Shown here one piece after another: positions 38,740-58,069 of a stretch of 64,000 nt of DNA. The translations under genes and the position numbers were made by a program. Location: assembly GCF_009914755.1 (NCBI RefSeq), contig NC_060948.1. One strand, written 5' to 3'. The stretch comes from the human T2T-CHM13v2.0 reference genome, Homo sapiens. Numbering within the stretch: position 1 is the first letter of the stretch; every line of letters starts with the position of its first letter. The notes beneath the pieces were generated by a model. The model was not told the origin of the DNA and made no database searches. It saw only the letters and a list, made by a program, of their open reading frames with translations.

Positions 38740-40867
38740 AGATCCATATTTTTTAAATGAAAAAAAATTTCAAAGGTACTCTGCTTGGTACAATAATCAA
38801 ATGTATAAACTGAGGAATAAAACATAACCATGAAACCTACTTATAACTGCATATGGAAAATACAGAGGATAATTTTTTAAATAACATATTTTGAAAGCCT
38901 TAACTAGTAATTTGAAGAGTTGGCATTTGTAAGGCCAGTATGAATATACCTTCAAAGCAGCAACACAGGTTCCCCATGAGAAAAAGCAAACTCAGGGAAA
39001 ATAAAACCACAAAGGTTCAATCTCTTCTGACCTTTGAATGACACAGCACAGACAGTGGTCCTTAGGACGAAGAGCAGGAGACCCCTAATTCCGTCACCAT
39101 GGCGATAGGGCATAAACATTGCTGGGTGAGGGCACAATCCACATTGTGAGGTCCAACTGCTGCCAGGAAGACAGGAGTGCTTTTACATAGACCGAAAGGT
39201 CATTGAAGGCTCAGAGTTTTGTTTCAAGAACTGAATCCCAAGCCCACACGTTATTAGGCTGCGCTTCTTAAAACAAGTTATGAGATGGGAAAAAGGGCAC
39301 CCACAAACATACGTATACATTATGTATATAATAATATACAGTATCATATATAAAATATGTATAACCTATGTATAATATTGTTTTACATCCTGCATCTTAT
39401 ATTATATATATTGTATAAAATATAATAATTGATAATATATAAGTTTTATATTTATACAATATGACATATAGTATATATTATACTTTATGACATATATAAT
39501 ATATGTTATATATCATATATAGAATATATTATACGGTTAATATACCTATTAAATATAAATTATACATTATATATATTATATAAAATATATCTGTTATATA
39601 TAATACCCATTATGCATAATATATATATTATGTCTATGTTATATATAGTATAAAACAACATATAATAATATATAATTGTATATATAAAATGCGACATATA
39701 ATATATATTATATTTTATGACATATGTAATATATATTATATATTATATATAATACGTTGTATGTATAATACCTATATTAAATATATATTATATGACTATG
39801 TTATTAATTACATGTCACATATGTTATATATTATATATTTTACATAGAATATACCGGTTACATACAATATATACTATGTTACCTATAATGTATAATTGAT
39901 TACATGTAAAATAAAGAATGCAATATATTATGTATAATTTATAATATACAATATGTGGAATGTGATATATATAACATATAATATATGATATATGATATAC
40001 AGTATATGATATATAACATACAATATATGATACCTAGTATATATGGTATACAATATATATTTTATGATATGTATTCTATATGTTTTATATTCTGTTATAT
40101 ATAACTATTTGAAATTATATATAACTGTATAATATTTTATGTAAATATGTAATATAATATATATAACTATATAATATATTATATATAACTATATATTATG
40201 TTATATATACTTTTATAACATAATTTACATAAAATGTCATAATATAATATATATTATATTATTTCACATTACATAATATATTTTACATATCACCCAATAT
40301 AAGTAACATACATAATATTATAATATAGATTATATTATGTTATATTAAATATCATATATATCATGTATCATATATTCTATAATATATATTACACATTATA
40401 TAATATGTATGTTGTCTATTTTGTGATATATAAAACTATATATATAATTATATTATTATACATATAACTAGATAAACATGTAATTCTACATATTTTCATT
40501 TGTAATATATAGAATTATATAATCATATATAATTATTTATATTCTATAAAAAATTATATCATTATATAAATTATAATATAAAAAAATTATAATATGTACT
40601 ACAAATATACATATTATATATCATATATGATATAGTACCTTTGTTATATATCATAATACATATAAATGTGTATTATGTTATCTTTAATTATATAATTTCA
40701 TATATAAGATGTATAATATGTATTATATATTGTCTAGGTTATGTAATATATATAGTATATGTAAGCTGACACAGGATAAATATTATATACTATGACATAT
40801 AAAATATATGAGGTTATATGTTACATATAAGGCATAGCACATAACATGTAATATATATCATATATAA

Positions 40868-41159
<292 letters not shown>

Positions 41160-43282
41160 AGATCCATATTTTTTAAATGAAAAAAAATTTCAAAGGTACT
41201 CTGCTTGGTACAATAATCAAATGTATAAACTGAGGAATAAAACATAACCATGAAACCTACTTATAACTGCATATGGAAAATACAGAGGATAATTTTTTAA
41301 ATAACATATTTTGAAAGCCTTAACTAGTAATTTGAAGAGTTGGCATTTGAAAGGCCAGTATGAATATACCTTCAAAGCAGCAACACAGGTTCCCCATGAG
41401 AAAAAGCAAACACAGGGAAAATAAAAACACAAAGGTTCAATCTCTTCTGACCTTTGAAAGACACAGCACAGACAGTGGTCCTTAGGACGAAGAGCAGGAG
41501 ACCCCTAATTCCGTCACCATGGCGATAGGGCACAAACATTGCTGGGTGAGGGCACAATCCACATTGAGAGGTCCAACTGCTGCCAGGAAGACAGGAGTGC
41601 TTTTACATAGACCGAAAGGTCATTGAAGGCTCAGAGTTTTGTTTCAAGAACTGAATCCCAAGCCCACACGTTATTAGGCTGCGCTTCTTAAAACAAGTTA
41701 TGAGATGAGAAAAAGGGCACCCACAAACATACGTATACATTATGTATATAATAATATACAGTATCATATATATAATATATATAACCTATGTATAATATTG
41801 TTTTACATCCTGCATCTTATATTATATATATTGTATAAAATATAATAATTCATAATATATAACGTTTATATTTATACAATATGACATATAGTATATATTA
41901 TAATTTATGACATATATAATATATGTTATATATCATATATAGAATATATTATACGGTTAATATACGTATTAAATATAAATTATACATTATATATATTATA
42001 TAAAATATATCTGTTATATATAATACCCTTTATGCATAATATATATATTATGTCTATGTTATATATAGTATAAAACAACATATAATAATATATAATTGTA
42101 TATATAAAATGCGACATATAATATATATTATATTTTATGACATATGTAATATATATTATATATTATATATAATACGTTGTATGTATAATACCTATATTAA
42201 ATATATATTATATGACTATGTTATTAATTACATGTCACATATGTTATATATTATATATTTTACATAGAATATACCGGTTACATGCAATATATACTATGTT
42301 ACCTATAATGTATAATTGATTACATGTAAAATAAAGAATGCAATATATTATGTATAATTTATAATATACAATATGTGGAATGTGATATATATAACATATA
42401 ATATATGATATATGATATACAGTATATGATATATAACATACAATATATGATACCTAATATATATGGTATACAATATATATTTTATGATATGTATTCTATA
42501 TGTTTTATATTCTGTTATATATAACTATTTGAAATTATATATAACTGTATAATATTTTATGCAAATATGTAATATAATATATATAACTATATAATATATT
42601 ATATATAACTATATATTATGTTATATACACTTTTATCACATAATTTACATTAAATATCATAATATAATATATATTATATTATTTCACATTACATAATATA
42701 TATTACATATCACCCAATATAAGTAACATACATAATATTATAATATAGATTATATTATGTTATATTAAATATCATATATATCATGTATCATATATTCTAT
42801 AATATATATTACACATTATATAATATGTATGTTGTCTATTATGTGATATATATAACTATATATAATTATATTATTATACATATAACTAGATAAACATGTA
42901 ATTCTACATATTTTCATTTATAATATATAGAATTATATAATCATATATAATTATTTATATTCTATAAAAAATTATATCATTATATAAATTATAATATATA
43001 AAAATTATAATATGTACTACATATATATATTATATATCATATATGATATAGTACCTTTGTTATATATCATAATACATATAAATGTGTATTATGTTATCTA
43101 TAATTATATAATTTCATATATAAGTTGTATAATATGTATCAAATATTATATATGTGTGTAATATATATAGTATATATAAGCTGACACAGGATAAATATTA
43201 TATACTATGACATATAAAATATATGAGGTTATATGTTACATATAAGGCATAGCACATAACATGTAATATATATCATATATAA

Positions 43283-43574
<292 letters not shown>

Positions 43575-45697
43575 AGATCCATATTTTTTAAATGAAAAAA
43601 AATTTCAAAGGTACTCTGCTTGGTACAATAATCAAATGTATAAACTGAGGAATAAAACATAACCATGAAACCTACTTATAACTGCATATGGAAAATACAG
43701 AGGATAATTTTTTAAATAACATATTTTGAAAGCCTTAACTAGTAATTTGAAGAGTTGGCATTTGAAAGGCCAGTATGAATATACCTTCAAAGCAGCAACA
43801 CAGGTTCCCCATGAGAAAAAGCAAACACAGGGAAAATAAAAACACAAAGGTTCAATCTCTTCTGACCTTTGAAAGACACAGCACAGACAGTGGTCCTTAG
43901 GACGAAGAGCAGGAGACCCCTAATTCCGTCACCATGGCGATAGGGCACAAACATTGCTGGGTGAGGGCACAATCCACATTGAGAGGTCCAACTGCTGCCA
44001 GGAAGACAGGAGTGCTTTTACATAGACCGAAAGGTCATTGAAGGCTCAGAGTTTTGTTTCAAGAACTGAATCCCAAGCCCACACGTTATTAGGCTGCGCT
44101 TCTTAAAACAAGTTATGAGATGAGAAAAAGGGCACCCACAAACATACGTATACATTATGTATATAATAATATACAGTATCATATATTTAATATATATAAC
44201 CTATGTATAATATTGTTTTACATCCTGCATCTTATATTATATATATTGTATAAAATATAATAATTCATAATATATAACGTTTATATTTATACAATATGAC
44301 ATATAGTATATATTATAATTTATGACATATATAATATATGTTATATATCATATATAGAATATATTATACGGTTAATATACGTATTAAATATAAATTATAC
44401 ATTATATATATTATATAAAATATATCTGTTATATATAATACCCTTTATGCATAATATATATATTATGTCTATGTTATATATAGTATAAAACAACATATAA
44501 TAATATATAATTGTATATATAAAATGCGACATATAATATATATTATATTTTATGACATATGTAATATATATTATATATTATATATAATACGTTGTATGTA
44601 TAATACCTATATTAAATATATATTATATGACTATGTTATTAATTACATGTCACATATGTTATATATTATATATTTTACATAGAATATACCGGTTACATGC
44701 AATATATACTATGTTACCTATAATGTATAATTGATTACATGTAAAATAAAGAATGCAATATATTATGTATAATTTATAATATACAATATGTGGAATGTGA
44801 TATATATAACATATAATATATGATATATGATATACAGTATATGATATATAACATACAATATATGATACCTAATATATATGGTATACAATATATATTTTAT
44901 GATATGTATTCTATATGTTTTATATTCTGTTATATATAACTATTTGAAATTATATATAACTGTATAATATTTTATGCAAATATGTAATATAATATATATA
45001 ACTATATAATATATTATATATAACTATATATTATGTTATATACACTTTTATCACATAATTTACATTAAATATCATAATATAATATATATTATATTATTTC
45101 ACATTACATAATATATATTACATATCACCCAATATAAGTAACATACATAATATTATAATATAGATTATATTATGTTATATTAAATATCATATATATCATG
45201 TATCATATATTCTATAATATATATTACACATTATATAATATGTATGTTGTCTATTATGTGATATATATAACTATATATAATTATATTATTATACATATAA
45301 CTAGATAAACATGTAATTCTACATATTTTCATTTATAATATATAGAATTATATAATCATATATAATTATTTATATTCTATAAAAAATTATATCATTATAT
45401 AAATTATAATATATAAAAATTATAATATGTACTACATATATATATTATATATCATATATGATATAGTACCTTTGTTATATATCATAATACATATAAATGT
45501 GTATTATGTTATCTATAATTATATAATTTCATATATAAGTTGTATAATATGTATCAAATATTATATATGTGTGTAATATATATAGTATATATAAGCTGAC
45601 ACAGGATAAATATTATATACTATGACATATAAAATATATGAGGTTATATGTTACATATAAGGCATAGCACATAACATGTAATATATATCATATATAA

Positions 45698-45973
45698 TTT
45701 TTTTTTAGACAGAGTCTTGTCCTGTTGCACAGGGTGGGGTACAATGGCGCCATCTTTGCTCACTGCAACATCTGCCTCAAGGGTCCAAGCGATTGGCCTC
45801 CCTCAGCCTCCCAGGTAGCTGGGACTACAGCAGCTGCCACCATGCCTAGCTAATTTTTTGGATTTTTAGTAGTGACAGCGTTTCACTGTATTGGCCAGGA
45901 TGGTCTTGATCTCTTCACCTTGTGATCCCCTTGCCTTGGCCTCCAAATTTGCTGGGATTACAGGCCTGAGCCA
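45698..45973 (-). mobile_element. AluY-like copy lacking the 16-bp internal duplication
   Basis: Reads GCTGGGACTACAGCAGCTGCC, with a single CTGGGACTAC. The monomer spacing here is 2399 = 2415 - 16. Confidence 0.9.
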
Positions 45974-48101
45974 AGATCCATATTTTTTAAATGAAAAAAA
46001 ATTTCAAAGGTACTCTGCTTGGTACAATAATCAAATGTATAAACTGAGGAATAAAACATAACCATGAAACCTACTTATAACTGCATATGGAAAATACAGA
46101 GGATAATTTTTTAAATAACATATTTTGAAAGCCTTAACTAGTAATTTGAAGAGTTGGCATTTGAAAGGCCAGTATGAATATACCTTCAAAGCAGCAACAC
46201 AGGATCCCCATGAGAAAAAGCAAGCAAAGGGAAAATAAAAACACAAAGGTTCAATCTCTTCTGACCTTTGAAAGACACAGCACAGACAGTGGTCCTTAGG
46301 ACGAAGAGCAGGAGACCCCTAATTCCGTCACCATGGCGATAGGGCATAAACATTGCTGGGTGAGGGCACAATCCACATTGTGAGGTCCAACTGCTGCTAG
46401 GAAGACAGGAGTGCTTTTACATAGACCGAAAGGTCATTGAAGGCTCAGAGTTTTGTTTCAAGAACTGAATCCCAAGCCCACACGTTATTAGGCTGCACTT
46501 CTTAAAACAAGTTATGAGATGGGAAAAAGGGCACCCACAAACATACGTATACATTATGTATATAATAATATACAGTATCATATATTTAATATATATAACC
46601 TATGTATAATATTGTTTTACATCCTGCATCTTATGTTATGTATATTGTATAAAATATAGTAATTGATAATATATAAGTTTTATATTTATACAATATGACA
46701 TATAGTATATATTATAATTTATGACATATATAATATATGTTATATATCATATATAGAATATATTATACGGTTAATATACGTATTAAATATAAATTATACA
46801 TTATATATATTATATATAATATATCTGTTATATATAATACCCATTATGCATAATATATATATTATGTCTACGTTATATATAGTATAAAACAACATATAAT
46901 AATATATAATAGTATATATAAAATGCGACATATAATATATATTATATTTTATAACATATGTAATATATATTATATATTATATATAATACGTTGTATGTAT
47001 AATACCTATATTAAATATATATTATATGACTATGTTATTAATTACATGTCACATGTGTTATATATTATATATTTTACATAGAATATACCGGTTACATACA
47101 ATATATACTATGTTACCTATAATGTATAATTTATTACATGTAAAATAAAGAATGCAATATATTATGTATAATTTATAATATACAATATGTGGAATGAGAT
47201 ATATATAACATATAATATATGATATATGATATACAGTATATGATATATAACATACAATATATGATTCCTAATATATATGGTATACAATATATATTTTATG
47301 ATATGTATTCTATATGTTTTATATTCTGTTATATATAACTATTTGAAATTATATATAACTGTATAATATTTTATGTAAATATGTAATATAATATATATAA
47401 CTATATAATATATTATATATAACTATATATTATGTTATATACACTTTTATAACATAATTTACATAAAATATCATAATATAATATATATTATATTATTTCA
47501 TATTACATAATATATATTACATATCACCCAATATAACTAACATACATAATATTATAATATAGATTATATTATGTTATATGAAATATCATATATATCATGT
47601 ATCATATATTCTATAATATATATTACACATTATAAAATATGTATGTTGTCTATTATGTGATATATATAACTCTATATATAATTATATTATTATACATATA
47701 ACTAGATAAACATGTAATTCTACATATTTTCATTTATAATATGTAGAATTATATAATCATATATAATTATTTATATTCTATAAAAAATTTTATCATTATA
47801 TAAATTATAATATATAAAAATTATAATATGTACTACAAATATATATATTATATATCATATATGATATAGTACCTTTGTTATATATCATAATACATATAAA
47901 TGTGTATTATGTTATCTATAATTATATAATTTCATATATAAGATGTATAATATGTATCATATATTATATATGTTATGTAATATATATAGTATATATAAGA
48001 TGACACAGGATAAATATTATATACTATGACATATAAAATATATGAGGTTATATGTTACATATAAGGCATAGCACATAACATGTAATATATACCATATATA
48101 A

Positions 48102-48393
48102 TTTTTTTTTAGACAGAATCTTGTCCTGTTGCACAGGGTGGGGTACAATGGCGCCATCTTTGCTCACTGCAACTTCTGCCTCACGGGTCCAAGCGATCGT
48201 CCTCCCTTAGCCTCCCAGGTAGCTGGGACTACACCACACTGGGACTACACCAGCTGCCACCATGCCTAGCTAATTTTTTGGATTTTTAGTAGTGACAGCG
48301 TTTCACTGTATTGGCCAGGATGGTCTTGATCTCTTCACCTTGTGATCTCCTTGCCTTGGCCTCCAAATTTGCTGGGATTACAGGCCTGAGCCA
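48102..48393 (-). mobile_element. AluY-like copy in DYZ2 monomer
   Basis: Near-identical to 2232-2523; CGATCG variant. Confidence 0.9.
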
Positions 48394-50498
48394 AGATCCA
48401 TATTTTTTAAATGAAAAAAAATTTCAAAGGTACTCTGCTTGGTACAATAATCAAATGTATAAACTGAGGAATAAAACATAACCATGAAACCTACTTATAA
48501 CTGCATATGGAAAATACAGAGGATAATTTTTTAAATAACATATTTTGAAAGCCTTAACTAGTAATTTGAAGAGTTGGCATTTGAAAGGCCAGTATGAATA
48601 TACCTTCAAAGCAGCAACACAGGTTCCCCATGAGAAAAAGCAAACACAGGGAAAATAAAAACACAAAGGTTCAATCTCTTCTGACCTTTGAAAGACACAG
48701 CACAGACAGTGGTCCTTAGGACGAAGAGCAGGAGACCCCTAATTCCGTCACCATGGCGATAGGGCATAAACATTGCTGGGTGAGGGCACAATCCACATTG
48801 TGAGGTCCAACTGCTGCCAGGAAGACAGGAGTGCTTTTACATAGACCGAAAGGTCATTGAAGGCTCAGAGTTTTGTTTCAAGAACTGAATCCCAAGCCCA
48901 CACGTTATTAGGCTGCGCTTCTTAAAACAAGTTATGAGATGGGAAAAAGGGCACCCACAAACATACGTATACATTATGTATATAATAATATACAGTATCA
49001 TATATATAATATATATAACCTATGTATAATATTGTTTTACATCCTGCATCTTATGTTATATATATTGTATAAAATATAATAATTGATAATATATAAGTTT
49101 TATATTTATACAATATGACATATAGTATATATTATAATTTATGACATATATAATATATGTTATATGTCATATATAGAATATATTATACGGTTAATATACG
49201 TATTAAATATAAATTATACATTATATATATTATATATAATATATCTGTTATATATAATAACCATTATGCATAATATATATATTATGTCTACGTTATATAT
49301 AGTATAAAACAACATATAATAATATATAATTGTATATATAAAATGCGACATAGAATATATATTATATTTTATAACATATGTAATATATATTATATATTAT
49401 ATATAATACGTTGTATGTATAATACCTATATTAAATATATATTATATGACTATGTTATTAATTACATGTCACATGTGTTATATATTATATATTTTACATA
49501 GAATATACCGGTTACATACAATATACACTATGTTACCTATAATGTATAATTTATTACATGTAAAATAAAGAATGCAATATATTATGTATAATTTATAATA
49601 TACAATATGTGGAATGTGATATATATAACATATAATATATGATATATGATATACAGTATATGATATATAACATACAATATATGATTCCTAATATATATGG
49701 TATACAATATATATTTTATGATATGTATTCTATATGTTTTATATTCTGTTATATATAACTAGTTGAAATTATATAGAACTGTATAATATTTTATGTAAAT
49801 ATGTAATATAATATATATAACTATATAATATATTATATATAACTATATATTATGTTATATATACTTTTATAACATAATTTACATAAAATATCAGAACGTA
49901 ATATATATTATATTATTTCATATTACATAATATATATTACATATCACCCAATATAACTAACATACATAATATTATAATATAGATTATATTATGTTATATT
50001 AAATATCATATATATCATGTATCATATATTCTATAATATATATTACACATTATATAATATGTATGTTGTCTATTATGTGATATATATAACTATATATATA
50101 ATTATATTTTTATACATATAACTAGATAAACATGTAATTCTACATTTTTTCATTTATAATATGTAGAATTATATAATCATATATAATTATTTATATTCTA
50201 TAAAAAATTTTATCATTATATAAATTATAATATATAAAAATTATAATATGTACTACAAATATATATATTATATATCATATATGATATAGTACCTTTGTTA
50301 TATATCATAATACATATAAATGTGTATTATGTTATCTATAATTATATAATTTCATATATAAGATGTATAATATGTATCATATATTATATATGTTATGTAA
50401 TATATATAGTATATATAAGATGACACAGGATAAATATTATATACTATGACATATAAAATATATGAGGTTATATGTTACATATAAGGCATAGCACATAA

Positions 50499-50813
<315 letters not shown>

Positions 50814-52916
50814 AGATCCGTATTTTTTAAATGAAAAAAAATTTCAAAGGTACTCTGCTTGGTACAATAATCAAATGTATAAACTGAGGAATAAAACATA
50901 ACCATGAAACCTACTTATAACTGCATATGGAAAATACAGAGGATAATTTTTTAAATAACATATTTTGAAAGCCTTAACTAGTAATTTGAAGAGTTGGCAT
51001 TTGAAAGGCCAGTATGAATATACCTTCAAAGCAGCAACACAGGTTCCCCATGAGAAAAAGCAAACACAGGGAGAATAAAAACACAAAGGTTCAATCTCTT
51101 CTGACCTTTGAAAGACACAGCACAGACAGTGGTCCTTAGGACGAAGAGCAGGAGACCCCTAATTCCGTCACCATGGCGATAGGGCATAAACATTGCTGGG
51201 TGAGGGCACAATCCACATTGTGAGGTCCAACTGCTGCCAGGAAGACAGGAGTGCTTTTACATAGACCGAAAGGTCATTGAAGGCTCAGAGTTTTGTTTCA
51301 AGAACTGAATCCCAAGCCCACGCGTTATTAGGCTGCGCTTCTTAAAACAAGTTATGAGATGGGAAAAATGGCACCCACAAACATACGTATACATTATGTA
51401 TATAATAATATACAGTATCATATATATAATATATATAACCTATGTATAATATTGTTTTACATCCTGCATCTTATGTTATATATATTGTATAAAATATAAT
51501 AATTGATAATATATAAGTTTTATAATTATACAATATGACATATAGTATATATTATAATTTATGACATATATAATATATGTTATATATCATACATAGAATA
51601 TATTATACGGTTAATATACGTATTAAATATAAATTATACATTATATATATTATATATAATATATCTGTTATATATAATACCCATTATGCATAATATATAT
51701 ATTATGTCTATGTTATATATAGTATAAAACAACATATAATAATATATAATTGTATATATAAAATGCGACATAGAATATATATTATATTTTATAAAATATG
51801 TAATATATATTATATATTATATATAATACGTTGTATGTATAATACCTATATTAAATATATATTATATGACTATGTTATTAATTACATGTCACATGTGTTA
51901 TATATTATATATTTTACATAGAATATACCGGTTACATACAATATATACTATGTTACCTATAATGTATAATTGATTACATGTAAAATAAACAATGCAATAT
52001 ATTATGTATGATTTATAATATACAATATGTGGAATGTGATATATGTAACATATAATATATGATATATGATATACAGTATATGATATATAACATACAATAT
52101 ATGATTCCTAATATATATGGTATACAATATATATTTTATGATATGTATTCTATATGTTTTATATTCTGTTATATATAACTATTTGAAATTATATATAACT
52201 GTATAATATTTTATGTAAATATGTAATGTAATATATAACTATATAATATATTATATATAACTATATATTATGTTATATATACTTTTATAACATAATTTAC
52301 ATAAAATATCATAATATAATATATATTATATTATTTCATATTACATAATATATATTACATATCAACCAATATAACTAACATACATAATATTATAATATAG
52401 ATTATATTATGTTATATTAAATATCATATATATCATGTATCATATATTCTATAATATATATTACACATTATATAATATGTATGTTGTCTATTATGTGATA
52501 TATATAACTATATATATAATTATATTTTTATACATATAACTAGATAAACATGTAATTCTACATATTTTCATTTATAATGTGTAGAATTATATAATCATAT
52601 ATAATTATTTATATTCTATAAAAAATTTTATCATTATATAAATTATAATATATAAAAATTATAATATGTACTACAAATATATATATTATATATCATATAT
52701 GATATAGTACCTTTGTTATATATCATAATACATATAAATGTGTATTATGTTATCTATAATTATATAATTTCATATATAAGATGTATAATATGTGTCATAT
52801 ATTATATATGTTATGTAATATATATAGTATATATAAGATGACACAGGATAAATATTATATACTATGACATATAAAATATATGAGGTTATATGTTACATAT
52901 AAGGCATAGCACATAA

Positions 52917-53231
<315 letters not shown>

Positions 53232-55336
53232 AGATCCGTATTTTTTAAATGAAAAAAAATTTCAAACGTACTCTGCTTGGTACAATAATCAAATGTATAA
53301 ACTGAGGAATAAAACATAACCATGAAACCTACTTATAACTGCATATGGAAACTACAGAGGATAATTTTTTAAATAACATATTTTGAAAGCCTTAACTAGT
53401 AATTTGAAGAGTTGGCATTTGAAAGGCCAGTATGAATATACCTTCAAAGCAGCAACACAGGTTCCCCATGAGAAAAAGCAAACACAGGGAAAATAAAAAC
53501 ACAAAGGTTCAATCTCTTCTGACCTTTGAAAGACACAGCACAGACAGTGGTCCTTAGGACGAAGAGCAGGAGACCCCTAATTCCGTCACCATGGCGATAG
53601 GGCATAAACATTGCTGGGTGAGGGCACAATCCACATTGTGAGGTCCAACTGCTGCCAGGAAGACAGGAGTGCTTTTACATAGACCGAAAGGTCATTGAAG
53701 GCTCAGAGTTTTGTTTCAAGAACTGAATCCCAAGCCCACACGTTATTAGGCTGCGCTTCTTAAAACAAGTTATGAGATGGGAAAAAGGGCACCCACAAAC
53801 ATACGTATACATTATGTATATAATAATATACAGTATCATATATATAATATATATAACCTATGTATAATATTGTTTTACATCCTGCATCTTATGTTATATA
53901 TATTGTATAAAATATAATAATTGATAATATATAAGTTTTATAATTATACAATATGACATATAGTATATATTATAATTTATGACATATATAATATATGTTA
54001 TATATCATATATAGAATATATTATACGGTTAATATACGTATTAAATTTAAATTATACATTATATATATTATATATAATATATCTGTTATATATAATACCC
54101 ATTATGCATAATATATATATTATGTCTATGTTATATATAGTATAAAACAACATATAATAATATATAATTGTATATATAAAATGCGACATAGAATATATAT
54201 TATATTTTATAACATATGTAATATATATTATATATTATATATAATACGTTGTATGTATAATACCTATATTAAATATATATTATATGACTATGTTATTAAT
54301 TACATGTCACATGTGTTATATATTATATATTTTACATAGAATATACCGGTTACATACAATATATACTATGTTACCTATAATGTATAATTGATTACATGCA
54401 AAATAAAGAATGCAATATATTATGTATAATTTATAATATACAATATGTGGAATGTGATATATGTAACATATAATATATGATATATGATATACAGTATATG
54501 ATATATAACATACAATATATGATTCCTAATATATATGGTATACAATTTATATTTTATGATATGTATTCCATATGTTTTATATTCTGTTATATATAACTAT
54601 TTGAAATTATATATAACTGTATAATATTTTATGTAAATATGTAATATAATATATATAACTATATAATATATTATATATAACTATATATTATGTTATATAT
54701 ACTTTTATAACATAATTTACATAAAATATCATAATATAATATATATTATATTATTTCATATTACATAATATATATTACATATCACCCAATATAACTAACA
54801 TACATAATATTATAATATAGATTATATTATATTATATTAAATATGATATATATCATGTATCATATATTCTATAATATATATTACACATTATATAATATGT
54901 ATGTTGTCTATTATGTGATATATATAACTATATATATAATTATATTTTTATACATATAACTAGATAAACATGTAATTTTACATATTTTCATTTATAATAT
55001 GTAGAATTATATAATCATATATAATTATTTATATTCTATAAAAAATTTTATCATTATATAAATTATAATATATAAAAATTATAATATGTACTACAAATAT
55101 ATATATTATATATCATATATGATATAGTACCTTTGTTATATATCATAATACATATAAATGTGTATTATGTTATCTATAATTATATAATTTCATATATAAG
55201 ATGTATAATATGTATCATATATTATATATGTTATGTAATATATATAGTATATATAAGATGACACAGGATAAATATTATATACTATGACATATAAAATATA
55301 TGAGGTTATATGTTACATATAAGGCATAGCACATAA

Positions 55337-55651
<315 letters not shown>

Positions 55652-57777
55652 AGATCCGTATTTTTTAAATGAAAAAAAATTTCAAAGGTACTCTGCTTGG
55701 TACAATAATCAAATGTATAAACTGAGGAATAAAACATAACCATGAAACCTACTTATAACTGCATATGGAAAATACAGAGGATAATTTTTTAAATAACATA
55801 TTTTGAAAGCCTTAACTAGTAATTTGAAGAGTTGGCATTTGAAAGGCCAGTATGAATATACCTTCAAAGCAGCAACACAGGTTCCCCATGAGAAAAAGCA
55901 AACACAGGGAGAATAAAAACACAAAGGTTCAATCTCTTCTGACCTTTGAAAGACACAGCACAGACAGTGGTCCTTAGGACGAAGAGCAGGAGACCCCTAA
56001 TTCCGTCACCATGGCGATAGGGCATAAACATTGCTGGGTGAGGGCACAATCCACATTGTGAGGTCCAACTGCTGCCAGGAAGACAGGAGTGCTTTTACAT
56101 AGACCGAAAGGTCATTGAAGGCTCAGAGTCTTGTTTCAAGAACTGAATCCCAAGCCCACGCGTTATTAGGCTGCGCTTCTTAAAACAAGTTATGAGATGG
56201 GAAAAAGGGCACCCACAAACATACGTATACATTATGTATATAATAATATACAGTATCATATATATAATATATATAACCTATGTATAATATTGTTTTACAT
56301 CCTGCATCTTATGTTATATATATTGTATAAAATATAATAATAGATAATATATAAGTTTTATAATTATACAATATGACATATAGTATATATTATAATTTAT
56401 GACATATATAATATATGTTATATATCATATATAGAATATATTATACGGTTAATATACGTATTAAATATAAATTATACATTATATATATTATATATAATAT
56501 ATCTGTTATATATAATACCCATTATGCATAATATATATATTATGTCTATGTTATATATAGTATAAAACAACATATAATAATATATAATTGTATATATAAA
56601 ATGCGACATAGAATATATATTATATTTTATAAAATATGTAATATATATTATATATTATATATAATACGTTGTATGTATAATACCTATATTAAATATATAT
56701 TATATGACTATGTTATTAATTACATGTCACATGTGTTATATATTATATATTTTACATAGAATATACCGGTTACATACAATATATACTATGTTACATATAA
56801 TGTATAATTTATTACATGTAAAATAAAGAATGCAATATATTATGTATGATTTATAATATACAATATGTGGAATGTGATATATGTAACATATAATATATGA
56901 TATATGATATACAGTATATGATATATAACATACAATATATGATTCCTAATATATATGGTATACAATATATATTTTATGATATGTATTCTATATGTTTTAT
57001 ATTCTGTTATATATAACTATTTGAAATTATATATAACTGTATAATATTTTATGTAAATATGTAATGTAATATATAACTATATAATATATTATATATAACT
57101 ATATATTATGTTATATATACTTTTATAACATAATTTACATAAAATATCATAATATAATATATATTATATTATTTCATATTACATAATATATATTACATAT
57201 CAACCAATATAACTAACATACATAATATTATAATATAGATTATATTATGTTATATTAAATATCATATATATCATGTATCATATATTCTATAATATATATT
57301 ACACATTATATAATATGTATGTTGTCTATTATGTGATATATATAACTATATATATAATTATATTTTTATACATATAACTAGATAAACATGTAATTCTACA
57401 TATTTTCATTTATAATATGTAGAATTATATAATCATATATAATTATTTATATTCTATAAAAAATTTTATCATTATATAAATTATAATATATAAAAATTAT
57501 AATATGTACTACAAATATATATATTATATATCATATATGATATAGTACCTTTGTTATATATCATAATACATATAAATGTGTATTATGTTATCTATAATTA
57601 TATAATTTCATATATAAGATGTATAATATGTATCATATATTATATATGTTATGTAATATATATAGTATATATAAGATGACACAGGATAAATATTATATAC
57701 TATGACATATAAAATATATGAGGTTATATGTTACATATAAGGCATAGCACATAACATGTAATATATATCATATATAA

Positions 57778-58069
57778 TTTTTTTTTAGACAGAATCTTGT
57801 CCTGTTGCACAGGGAGGGGTACAATGGCGCCATCTTTGCTCACTGCAACTTCTGCCTCACGGGTCCAAGCGATTGTCCTCCCTCAGCCTCCCAGGTAGCT
57901 GGGACTACACCACACTGGGACTACAGCAGCTGCCACCATGCCTAGCTAATTTTTTGGATTTTTAATAGTGACAGCGTTTCACTGTATTGGCCAGGATGGT
58001 CTTGATCTCTTCACCTTGTGATCCCCTTGCCTTGGCCTCCAAATTTGCTGGGATTACAGGCCTGAGCCA
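57778..58069 (-). mobile_element. AluY-like copy in DYZ2 monomer
   Basis: Near-identical; the second duplicate copy reads CTACAGCAGC. Confidence 0.9.
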
